In this document: piece after piece, positions 49,876 through 58,955 of the stretch
How the letters are laid out: each line of letters starts with the position of its first letter
Position numbering within the stretch: position 1 is the stretch's first letter
NCBI GenBank assembly: GCA_965218585.1
Contig: CBDCLE010000005.1
Span: 64,001-128,000 of the forward strand
Direction: 5' to 3'
DNA from: Terriglobia bacterium
Lineage (GTDB): Bacteria; Acidobacteriota; Terriglobia; 20CM-2-55-15
DNA: 64,000 bases
Notes under the pieces: generated by a model
Databases searched by the model: none
Seen by the model: only the letters and a program-made list of their open reading frames with translations
What the model was told of the DNA's origin: nothing
Translations under genes and position numbers: made by a program

Positions 49876-51264
49876 TCAGCTCTTACCGTTGGAACTGATT
49901 TTGAACTTCCGCATGTAGTGGCGAAATGAGCGGTAAGGAATCCCCAAAAGTTCGGCGGCCCTTACCTGCACACCGTTCGTGCGTCGAAGCGCTTCCTGGA
50001 AATAGTCCTTTTGCATGTCCTCCACGTAGGAGTCCAAATCAAGGCCCTCAGGTGGAATGAGCGGAGCGGCTTTAGGCCGGGCTCCAACCCCGGACGGCGT
50101 CGACAGGTTTTCTTCCGTAATTTCGGTGGACGTTTCGAGTATGAACGCGCGTTCCATGGAGTTTTCCAATTCACGCACGTTCCCAGGCCAGCCATAGCTC
50201 TCCAGGTTTTTCAGGGCCTGGGGTGAAATGCTTTCGATCCGATTTCCCATGGACTGGTTCAGCCGCTCCAGGAAGTATTGGGCAAGAAGCGGGATGTCTT
50301 CCGCTCGTTCCCTTAGCGGAGGAGTTTCAAGTGGGAACACGCTGATTCTGTAAAAGAGATCTTCTCTAAACTTTCCTTCCGACACCATCGCCGACAAATC
50401 CTGGTTCGTCGCCGCAATGACCCGCACGTCTATCCCGATCTCGTCAGTTCCCCCAACCCGCCGGATCTTCCGTTCCTGCAACACCCTCAAGAGCTTCACC
50501 TGCATGGCCATGCTCGTCTCACCGATTTCATCCAGGAAAATCGTTCCCTTATCGGCTACTTCGAACAGGCCCTTGTGATCGCTCATCGCTCCTGTAAATG
50601 CACCTTTGATATACCCGAACAATTCGGATTCGAGCAGCGTTTCCGCCAGAGCTCCACAGTTTACGGAAACAAACGATTGCTCCGCCCTGGAGCTGTTCAG
50701 GTGGATCGCCTTGGCGGCGAGCCCCTTCCCCGTACCGCTTTCACCTGTTATCAGAACCGTACTGTTGGTGTCGCTGACGACTTCGATCATCCGAAACAAT
50801 TCCTGCATCTTTTCGCTACGACCGATGAGGTTACCCATTCCGTGCTGCTTCTTGAATTCCCGTTTTAGGTAGGTGTTTTCCTCACGCAAGCGCCGTTCTT
50901 CCAGTGCACGCCCGATGATGTGCTTCAACTCCTCCATGAAATTATCGGTCTTCAGGATGTAATCGAATGCCCCCATCTTGAGCGCCTGGATGGCCGTTTC
51001 TGTAGTCGCGTACGCAGTCAACAGAATGAATTCACCCGAAATCCCTTCCGAGCGCGATCGCCGTAGCAGATCGATGCCCGTCATGTCCGGCATCTTGATG
51101 TCTGAAACCACTACGTCGAAATCCTCCGTACGGATGTGTTCCAGCCCAATCTCGCCGCTTTCAGCCACCCTCACGTCGAAGCCTTCGCGTTCGAGAAAGA
51201 TCTGGAGCATCTCGCGGATTGAGAGTTCGTCGTCGACGACCAGTATTTTTGATTTGGGATTCAT
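49876..51264 (-). CDS. pilR: Sigma54-dependent response regulator PilR (NtrC family)
   Basis: REC domain, GESGTGK, ESELFG..KGAFTGA, FLDEIGE, FREDLFYR, WPGNVREL, HTH. Confidence 0.88.
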   Translation of the reverse strand: MNPKSKILVVDDELSIREMLQIFLEREGFDVRVAESGEIGLEHIRTEDFDVVVSDIKMPDMTGIDLLRRSRSEGISGEFILLTAYATTETAIQALKMGAFDYILKTDNFMEELKHIIGRALEERRLREENTYLKREFKKQHGMGNLIGRSEKMQELFRMIEVVSDTNSTVLITGESGTGKGLAAKAIHLNSSRAEQSFVSVNCGALAETLLESELFGYIKGAFTGAMSDHKGLFEVADKGTIFLDEIGETSMAMQVKLLRVLQERKIRRVGGTDEIGIDVRVIAATNQDLSAMVSEGKFREDLFYRISVFPLETPPLRERAEDIPLLAQYFLERLNQSMGNRIESISPQALKNLESYGWPGNVRELENSMERAFILETSTEITEENLSTPSGVGARPKAAPLIPPEGLDLDSYVEDMQKDYFQEALRRTNGVQVRAAELLGIPYRSFRHYMRKFKISSNGKS

Positions 51265-51289
51265 ATCGGATTAGCAGGAAGCAGAATCA

Positions 51290-52924
51290 CTATGCCTGGC
51301 GGGCAGGAACTTCCTCGTACGGTCTGGCCGGTTCTTGTGTTTCTCCCGATTCCGGCCCCAGCGGCGATTCCACGCTGAAAACAGTGCCCTCTTCCGGTTT
51401 CGAATCAACCCATATGCGGCCTCGATGTGCAGTAACGATCTGGTAAACAATCGAAAGACCCAGACCCGTACCACTGCGGAACGAGGAATGAAAAGGCAGG
51501 AAGAGTCGGTCGACTTCTCCGGAGGTCATGCCGATGCCTGAATCCCTGAACTCGAGCCGGGCGCGGCCGCCTGTTTCACGGAGCGTGATTTCTAACGTCC
51601 CCGATTCCGGCATGGCTTTGAACGCATTCGACGCCAGGTTATGCACAACCTGGCGCATCATGCCCTCGTCCGCCTTGACCGTAATAGGACCCAGATCGGT
51701 CTGGATCCTGTGGTCGGGTCCGCGATCGGTACTGTTTTCGATCAGCTGGAGCGCATCGGAGATCACGGTGTCGAGACGGAACGTCTTGGGTTGCGGCAAG
51801 CTCGGGCGGGCATAGAGCAGAAAATCGTTGATCGTCTGATTGAGCCTTTCCGTTTCCCGGGCGATTATTCCCACCAATTGTTTCTGTTCCGTTCCCAGTT
51901 CCAGTTCGGATTGCAAAAGGCCAAACGATCCTGTTATAGACGCCAACGGGTTTCGTATCTCATGTGCGATGCCGGCCGACATGACGCCGATCGCAGCCAT
52001 GCGTTCCTTCCGGCGAAGCTCCCGCTCCATCTCGCGCATTTCGGTGACGTCGTCGAAACACCAGACATAACCGGTGGGGCCTGATTCATCCATCGCAAGG
52101 GGCGTCACCGAAAACTGAAGACACATTGCCCGATCTCCCGGCCCGGGCGTTTCGATTTCAAAGTCACCCACACCCGCACCTTCGGGTAGCGTCGGAAACA
52201 CCTCTTGGATTCGACGGCCTACAACGTCTTCTGAAGTGCGACCCGAGATCTGCGCAGCCGCCGGGTTGAATAGAAATACCTTCCCACCGAGATCTGTCGT
52301 CACCAGACCACTGCCAAGGCTATCGATGATGTGTGCCGTCAACGCCTGAAGAAATGCCACCTGGCCGGTGGACTCTTCCAACGCCGCGTCGGACGTGTGC
52401 CAGTTCTCAGCCAGGACAGTGGCCAGGAATCCGACGGCGCAGAAACCGAAAATCGTCACACCCACGACGTACTGGAGCGTTATGAGTTCTGGAAAAGTAA
52501 CCGTCGTCGAAGGGAGCACTCTGAAATGCGCCAGATCCAGATGAACCCCATGAAGCATCGAGGCCGCGATCGCCGTAACCCACGCACCTCGCCTCTTGAG
52601 CAGGATGCTGGACATGACGATTTCGAGAAAATACAGGGATGAGAAATAACTGTCCAACCCTCCGGTCCGATTCACCATCCAGGTGATCAGGAGGAGGTCG
52701 ACCCCGATCTGGGCGTACGCCTGAGGAACGTATGACTGGTTTAATCGAAGGAATGCAAACCAGCAGAAGGACAGCGCATAGACAGCCGCCAGCAGGACCA
52801 GCATGTCCACGGACGGCTGGGCCGCCACGAAAATGCTGAAGACAACGACACGAACCCAGATCAATCGCAACAGCCACTTGCTGCGATCCATCAGTATGCG
52901 TGGGTCCGTCCCCGGGTTGGTCAC
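51290..52924 (-). CDS. pilS: Sensor histidine kinase PilS (TM + PAS + HisKA/HATPase)
   Basis: TGG..S.F..LY, AHEIRNPL, D.G.G, GTGLGL. Lies between pilC and pilR. Confidence 0.88.
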   Translation of the reverse strand: MTNPGTDPRILMDRSKWLLRLIWVRVVVFSIFVAAQPSVDMLVLLAAVYALSFCWFAFLRLNQSYVPQAYAQIGVDLLLITWMVNRTGGLDSYFSSLYFLEIVMSSILLKRRGAWVTAIAASMLHGVHLDLAHFRVLPSTTVTFPELITLQYVVGVTIFGFCAVGFLATVLAENWHTSDAALEESTGQVAFLQALTAHIIDSLGSGLVTTDLGGKVFLFNPAAAQISGRTSEDVVGRRIQEVFPTLPEGAGVGDFEIETPGPGDRAMCLQFSVTPLAMDESGPTGYVWCFDDVTEMREMERELRRKERMAAIGVMSAGIAHEIRNPLASITGSFGLLQSELELGTEQKQLVGIIARETERLNQTINDFLLYARPSLPQPKTFRLDTVISDALQLIENSTDRGPDHRIQTDLGPITVKADEGMMRQVVHNLASNAFKAMPESGTLEITLRETGGRARLEFRDSGIGMTSGEVDRLFLPFHSSFRSGTGLGLSIVYQIVTAHRGRIWVDSKPEEGTVFSVESPLGPESGETQEPARPYEEVPARQA

Positions 52925-52925
52925 T

Positions 52926-54137
52926 CTATCCGCCGCTCAACTGTCCGACGAGGCTGAATATCGGCATGTACATCGAGATGACGATTCCACCCACGACAAC
53001 ACCGAGGATCGCCATCATGGCCGGCTCGACGGCCGTCATAATATCTGCAACAGCCGTATCGACTTCTTCTTCGTAGAAATCCGCGATCTTGTTCAGCATC
53101 TCTTCCAGCGCACCGGTCTCTTCACCCACACCGATCATCGAAATGACCATACTCGGGAACACCCCGGATTCTTGTAAGGGTTCCACAATCGTACGGCCCT
53201 CCGCGATCGCGTCTTTGGTCTTGAAGACGGCCTCCTCCACGATGGCGTTACCCGACGTCACCGCCGTAATTTCGAGAGCGTCCATGATCGGCACACCGCT
53301 GGCAATCAGCGTACCCATGGTCCGAGTAAATCGAGCGACGGATATCTTGCGGATCAGATCCCCGAATATCGGAAGTTTGAGAACTAACTTGTCAACCAGG
53401 TACCGTCCTTTGGGCGTCGCGTAGTAAGACTTAAACAGATACCCGGAAATGCCGAGGCCGATAATGATAAAGAACCCGAAGTTCTGCACGAACGTACTGG
53501 CCGCAATCACTACACGCGTGGGCAGGGGGAGATCCGCTCCCATGCTCTGGAACAGTTCGGTAAATGCGGGAACGACCTTCCACAGAATCAGCGTGATCAC
53601 CGCGCTGGCGATAAAAATGATCGCTATCGGGTAAATCGCCGCCGACTTCATCGCCGCTTTCAGTTTCACGGCCTTTTCGATATAGACCGATAGCTGCTGA
53701 AAGATGGTGTCGAGAATACCGCCAGCTTCGCCGGCTGCGACCATGTTCGCATACAGGTCATCAAATATCTTCGGGCTCTTCTTCATTCCATCGGACAAGG
53801 TGTTGCCCGTCTCGACTTCCCTCTGGACGATCTTGACCGCCTCCGCGAACTTCTTGTTCTCCTGCTGACTGCCGAGGATTTCCAGGCACTGTACTAACGG
53901 CAAGCCCGAATCGATCATCACCGAAAACTGCCTGGTGAATATCGCCAGGTCTTTCGGCGTCGGGTTCCCTCCGAACTCTATGTTGGCGAGGTCAAAGCCC
54001 TTCTTTTCGGTGGCCTCAACCATCATGATGTTTTCCTGGCGGAGAGCCACCGCCAGCGCCTGGGCGCTGTCGGCCGTACGGGTCCCGGTGATATCCTCGC
54101 CACCTCGGTTTTTACCTTTGAACGTGAACTTCGCCAT
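52926..54137 (-). CDS. pilC: Type IV pilus platform protein PilC
   Basis: FTRQFSVMI..GLPLVQCL, AGEAGGILD, KIADFY..EVD, MYMPIF. Confidence 0.93.
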   Translation of the reverse strand: MAKFTFKGKNRGGEDITGTRTADSAQALAVALRQENIMMVEATEKKGFDLANIEFGGNPTPKDLAIFTRQFSVMIDSGLPLVQCLEILGSQQENKKFAEAVKIVQREVETGNTLSDGMKKSPKIFDDLYANMVAAGEAGGILDTIFQQLSVYIEKAVKLKAAMKSAAIYPIAIIFIASAVITLILWKVVPAFTELFQSMGADLPLPTRVVIAASTFVQNFGFFIIIGLGISGYLFKSYYATPKGRYLVDKLVLKLPIFGDLIRKISVARFTRTMGTLIASGVPIMDALEITAVTSGNAIVEEAVFKTKDAIAEGRTIVEPLQESGVFPSMVISMIGVGEETGALEEMLNKIADFYEEEVDTAVADIMTAVEPAMMAILGVVVGGIVISMYMPIFSLVGQLSGG

Positions 54138-54185
54138 GCTCTTACCTCATTCGCGCGACCAGGCGGGAGGAGCCCGCCCGGTGAG

Positions 54186-54713
54186 CTAACCGACCGTTTC
54201 TCGAAGAACCTCTTCTATACTCGTCAACTGCTCTCTGATCTTGATCAGACCGCTTCGCCGCAACGTGATCATTCCTTCCTTGATCGCCTTCCTGCTCAAC
54301 TCGATTGTCGAATCACCCGCGATTATAGCTTCCTTCAAACAGTCGCTCATTTCCATAACTTCGTACAAGCCAATTCGCCCCTTGTATCCACTGCCACTGC
54401 ACCGACCACAACCGACGCCGCGAACGGGACGAACCTCCCGGGCTTCGTCCTCGGAAAACCCAATATCGGTTAGCAGCTGCATGGAAGTGTCCGCTTCTTC
54501 GCGGCAAGCAGTGCACACCCGACGCACCAGCCGCTGCGCACAAACCGCATGCAAGGAAGTCGCCACGAGAAACCGTTCGATTCCCATGTTCAGCAACCGC
54601 GAAATCGTCCCCGGTGCGTCGTTCGTGTGTAGTGTACTCAACACGAGGTAACCGGTCAGGGCCGCTTTGACTTCTATTTCCGCAGTCTCAAAATCCCGAA
54701 TCTCCCCTACTAG
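54186..54713 (-). pseudogene. pilB: pilB 3' fragment, truncated at Walker B by IS insertion/deletion
   Basis: Begins LVGEIRD at the CTAG junction, followed by LSTLHTND, AQRLVR and Zn CxxC pairs. No 5' part on the far side of the IS pair. Confidence 0.9.
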
Positions 54714-56450
54714 CCCGCATATTTCACCGATAGGACCAGAAAAGGCCGCCCTGTCTGGCATAAAGCGTTTTGAAATAAACGTTTAACAAGCCAAACGGAG
54801 ACGGCCCTTATGAGAACAGAGTGTAACCAAACGACGTTCGAATTTCACGGACTTCTTCAACGAAAAGTGAAGGCGCGTTTTGACGGCGGAAAGATCACCT
54901 CCGACGCTGGGGTTCTGCTGTTGAGGGAAGTGGAAAAGCGAACGGGTCTGATCGCCGGACTGGCCGAGTGTTTCAGGGATTACCGGGACGCGAGGTTGAT
55001 CGAACACACGGTGAGCGAGTTATTGGGGCAGCGCGTCTACGGACTCTGTCTGGGCTACGAGGATCTGAACGATCATGACCAACTGCGGACCGATCCGATG
55101 CTGGCCGTGGCGGTGGATAAGGCCGATCCACTGGGGGAGAAGCGGCGGCAGGCCCGAGACCGGGGAAAAGCGTTGGCGGGCAAGTGTACGCTGAACCGGT
55201 TGGAACTGACCGGGGAGCAAGTCGATGGGAAGGAGCGGTACAAGAAGATTGCCATGGACCCGGACAAGATCGACCGCTGGATGGTGGATGCATTTGTGGC
55301 GGCTCACGGATCGGCGCCCGAGGAGATTGTTCTGGACCTGGATGCGACCGATGATCCGATCCATGGCCATCAGGAAGGACGGTTCTTTCACGGCTACTAC
55401 GGCAACTACTGTTATCTGCCGCTCTACATCTTTTCGGGAGAGCATCTGCTATGCGCCCGGTTGCGGTGCTCCAATGTCGACGGTGCGGACGGCGCCGTCG
55501 AGGAATTGAACCGCATCATCGGCCAGATCCGGCAGAGCTGGCCGGAGGTGTCGATTATCATCCGGGCCGACTCGGGCTTTTGCCGGGATGAATTGCTGAG
55601 TTGGTGCGAGGCCCACCAGGTCGATTACGTGGTGGGTCTGGCCAAGAACGATCGGCTCAAGCGCGAGATCGCTGAATCGATGAGTCAGGCCGAAGCCGAG
55701 TTTAACGACACCGGGAAACCGGCGCGGGTGTTTAACGATTTCCGGTATCGCACTCGGAAGAGCTGGACCTGCACCCGACGCGTCATCGGCAAGGCCGAGT
55801 TCCTGGAGAAAGGCGCCAATCCTCGATTCGTTGTGACCTCACTGTCGCCGGAACGCCTGGACGCCCGCGCCCTCTATGAAGACTTTTACTGTGCGCGGGG
55901 CGACATGGAAAATCGCATCAAGGAACAGCAGTTGGATCTATTCGCCGACCGGACCAGCGCGGCAACCATGCGCGCCAATCAACTCCGGCTCTATCTGTCC
56001 TCGGCCGCCTACATGCTCCTGCACGCGTTACGCCGTCTGGGACTGAAGAATACCGATCTGGCCCGCGCTCAGTGCCAGACGATCCGCTTGAAGCTCCTCA
56101 AGATCGGAGCTCAAGTCCGTCTGACGGTTCGCAACATCTGGATCTCCATGTCGGAAGCCTATCCCTACGCCGAGGTCTTTGCCCTCGTCCATCGAAACCT
56201 GCAGGCGCTTCCTCTGCGCTGCTGAGAACCGACCCGATCCCCTGCGCCAAAATCGACTCGCTCTTTTCGGCTCCGCCGAGGTTTGTCTCAGTGCGTTTCG
56301 TCACCCTCTTCTGAACCCGAAAACGCAGCAACTCCCGCTTGTCGACACCGGCGAGTCACGCCACACATGCCCAATTCGAACCCAGATCCTCCCGAATCCG
56401 ATTCTTACTGCCCAAATCCCCCTGATCGCCGGACTGGTGAAACATGCGGG
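54714..56450 (+). mobile_element. IS1380-family insertion sequence
   Basis: TIRs cccgcatatttcacc / ggtgaaacatgcggg (14/15), flanked by CTAG on both sides. Confidence 0.92.
54810..56225 (+). CDS. IS1380-family DDE transposase
   Basis: FDGG.ITSDAG, GYEDLNDHD.LR.DP, LDLDATDD, RADSGF, RG.MENRIKE. Confidence 0.93.
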   Translation: MRTECNQTTFEFHGLLQRKVKARFDGGKITSDAGVLLLREVEKRTGLIAGLAECFRDYRDARLIEHTVSELLGQRVYGLCLGYEDLNDHDQLRTDPMLAVAVDKADPLGEKRRQARDRGKALAGKCTLNRLELTGEQVDGKERYKKIAMDPDKIDRWMVDAFVAAHGSAPEEIVLDLDATDDPIHGHQEGRFFHGYYGNYCYLPLYIFSGEHLLCARLRCSNVDGADGAVEELNRIIGQIRQSWPEVSIIIRADSGFCRDELLSWCEAHQVDYVVGLAKNDRLKREIAESMSQAEAEFNDTGKPARVFNDFRYRTRKSWTCTRRVIGKAEFLEKGANPRFVVTSLSPERLDARALYEDFYCARGDMENRIKEQQLDLFADRTSAATMRANQLRLYLSSAAYMLLHALRRLGLKNTDLARAQCQTIRLKLLKIGAQVRLTVRNIWISMSEAYPYAEVFALVHRNLQALPLRC

Positions 56451-56454
56451 CTAG

Positions 56455-57996
56455 GAGTCTGCGCGGCAGAGCGGAAAGAACCTGGATTTATTGGGATTTG
56501 ATCGTGTTGTCGGAGGCGACCGGACCGATTCTGCCGTTATGATGAACTCAGACCGGTGCGGACTCCAGTAGTAAGCCGTGTGATAAGGGTGGCGGTCCCG
56601 GTTTTCCGGATTAGGCCCATTCGATCTTCCCGTTCATCCGTCGTAAGTTCACTGCTAGAGTCACCAGGTTCCACTCACAGGTCACCTTGTCCAAACCTCG
56701 CAGACTGAACTGTCGGAATCCGAGCACCGATTTGATCCACCCGAAGGGCGGTTCACCAATGTGCTTTCTGGCCCGGTAGCGATCACGCCCAGACGGGGAT
56801 TTCATTTTTCTCGTCATCCGACCAAGCGCGGTATCTTGTGGCGGGAGGGGGGCATCGTCCAGGTCCTTCTCCCGCCCCATGGCGACATACCCATCAATTT
56901 GGCGTTGTTCTAACATCCCCAGATTCGACTCGGATCGATACCCCGCATCAGCGAGCACGCGGCCTGGAGACTCTCCCAGGTTGTTGTTCACCACATCCAG
57001 AGTCGGCTCCAACTGCCCCACATCCGACGCATTGTCGCTCACCGTGGTCGCCACGATGATCCGGGCCTCGGAATCCACCATCGCCTGCGCGTTGTAACAT
57101 TGCTGGAACCCTTCCGTGGAGGTCTTCATGATCCGGCTTTCTGGATCGGTGAAGTTCTCCTGGGCCTTGGGCTTGGGCTCGCCCATGGGGCGTTTGAATG
57201 GCTTGCCCTTCTTTCCGCTTCCCGGTTCGTCGTCTCCCGGTTTCCGTCCGGCTTCCTGGTCCGCAGCCATCTGACGTTCCTCGAGTCGCTTCATCGCCGC
57301 CTGGATCGTGGCCAGACGCTTCTTACGGGTCGCCAACCCGTCGGGTAGTTCGTCTCCGCGCCGGTCCTTGCCGTAACGCTGGTCTTCGTCCTCATCGGTC
57401 GCGGTCGCCCGGTTCAACAGATCCCGAATCTGCTCACCCAACTCGGTCTCCTGCTTCTTCATGCGTTGATAGCTCATCGCTTTGCGTTTGCTCGCATTCG
57501 CCCGCATCTTGGTTCCGTCCACCGCTACCGTCCCCATCTTCACCAAACCCGCTTCTCGCGCCATCATCACCACTTGCACAAACAGCTTCCCGAACTCCTC
57601 AAGATGCAGTTTGCGAAAATCCGAGATCGTTCGGTGCGCGGGAAAGTTCTCGGCTCCCAACATCCGGAACGCCACATCTTCTCTCAACTTCGCTGCGATC
57701 TTCCTGGATGAAAACACTCCGGTCCCGTACCCATAGATCATCACCTTCACCATCATCCGCGGATCGAAGGCCTGATTGCCAGACCCGTCAGTTCCATGCC
57801 TCTGTTCGAACCCGCTCAAATCCATCGCGTCCACAGCATCCGATATGAAGTACGACAGGTGATCTTCGGCCAGCCAATCGCTCAGCGACGGTGGCATCAG
57901 CAGGCTCTGTTCTGGAATATAGGCTCGGTAAGTTCGTGGCATGCCCTATCTTCCATCCATTCCCGCCCAATTTCGGTCCTTCTGCCGCGCAGACTC
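56455..57996 (-). mobile_element. IS1182-family insertion sequence
   Basis: Perfect 16-bp TIRs gagtctgcgcggcaga / tctgccgcgcagactc, flanked by CTAG on both sides. Confidence 0.92.
56611..57942 (-). CDS. IS1182-family transposase
   Basis: P.MM.K...YGY..G..SSR.I, P.HRTI..FR, VDGTK..ANAS, TDP.SR.M, ADAGY, EP.FG.IK. Confidence 0.93.
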   Translation of the reverse strand: MPRTYRAYIPEQSLLMPPSLSDWLAEDHLSYFISDAVDAMDLSGFEQRHGTDGSGNQAFDPRMMVKVMIYGYGTGVFSSRKIAAKLREDVAFRMLGAENFPAHRTISDFRKLHLEEFGKLFVQVVMMAREAGLVKMGTVAVDGTKMRANASKRKAMSYQRMKKQETELGEQIRDLLNRATATDEDEDQRYGKDRRGDELPDGLATRKKRLATIQAAMKRLEERQMAADQEAGRKPGDDEPGSGKKGKPFKRPMGEPKPKAQENFTDPESRIMKTSTEGFQQCYNAQAMVDSEARIIVATTVSDNASDVGQLEPTLDVVNNNLGESPGRVLADAGYRSESNLGMLEQRQIDGYVAMGREKDLDDAPLPPQDTALGRMTRKMKSPSGRDRYRARKHIGEPPFGWIKSVLGFRQFSLRGLDKVTCEWNLVTLAVNLRRMNGKIEWA

Positions 57997-58010
57997 CTAG
58001 TCGTTCTCGA

Positions 58011-58955
58011 TCATTCCCCGAAAGCACCCATCTCCCGAAATTTTTGATATCTCGCTTCCAGCAGTGGTTCGACGTCGAGGCGGGTCAACTCGTCAATTTG
58101 AGACTGGAGTATCCTGGACAACTCCGAGGCGACCACTTCCGGATCGTTTTGCGCGCCTCCTGTGGGTTCAGGAATAATCGTGTCGATGAGGTCCAGTTCC
58201 TTGAGGTATTCCGGCGTGAGTCTGAGCGCTTCGGCGGCCTCAGCTGCGTGCTGCTGATCGCGCCAGAGAATCGCTGAGCAACTCTCCGGGGCGATTACAG
58301 AATAGATTGAAAACTCCAGCATGTTGACTCGGTCGCCGACACCGATAGCCAAGGCTCCACCAGAGCCACCTTCTCCTGTGACGGTTGCTATGATAGGGAC
58401 TTCCAGGCTTGCCATCTCCCTGAGATTGAATGCGATCGCTTCTGCCTGTCCTCGCTCTTCGGCATCGATGCCGGGGTAGGCACCCGGAGTGTCTATGAAC
58501 GTGAGGATCGGACGGCCGAACTTTTCGGCTAGTTTCATCACCCGGAGAGCCTTGCGGTAACCCTCAGGCTTCGGCATTCCGAAGTTTCTGTGAAGCTTTC
58601 CCTTGGTCCCGCGTCCCTTCTCCTGTCCCACCAGGCACACTGGCTTGCCATGGAAGAGTGCAAAACCTGCGACGATCGCCGGGTCGTCACCAAACTTCCG
58701 GTCGCCATGCCACTCTTCGAATTCTTCGAAGAGAAGGGGGACATAATCGAGGAAGTACGGGCGCTCGGCATGGCGGGCCAGTCCGACCTTGTCATAAGCC
58801 GTCATTTTGGCGAGCAGATCCTGCCGCAGTTGGTTCAGCTGAGATTCGAGCTGTTCGATGCGGGCTCCAGTCTGTTGGTCTTCCGGCAGCTTGGCAAGCT
58901 CGTCGAGTTCATTCTCCAGATCCCGAATCGTGCCGTCTCTGTCCGCTTGGCTCAT
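58011..58955 (-). CDS. accA: Acetyl-CoA carboxylase carboxyltransferase alpha
   Basis: HGDR.FGDD.AIV, NFGMP.PEGYRKA, DTPGAYPG..AEERGQ, GEGGSGGALA. Confidence 0.97.
   Translation of the reverse strand: MSQADRDGTIRDLENELDELAKLPEDQQTGARIEQLESQLNQLRQDLLAKMTAYDKVGLARHAERPYFLDYVPLLFEEFEEWHGDRKFGDDPAIVAGFALFHGKPVCLVGQEKGRGTKGKLHRNFGMPKPEGYRKALRVMKLAEKFGRPILTFIDTPGAYPGIDAEERGQAEAIAFNLREMASLEVPIIATVTGEGGSGGALAIGVGDRVNMLEFSIYSVIAPESCSAILWRDQQHAAEAAEALRLTPEYLKELDLIDTIIPEPTGGAQNDPEVVASELSRILQSQIDELTRLDVEPLLEARYQKFREMGAFGE

Noticed and set aside
54714-54761. N-terminus of the 191-aa ORF as a genuine short PilB
   Set aside because: The first 16 codons come from the IS1380 end, and Walker A is missing
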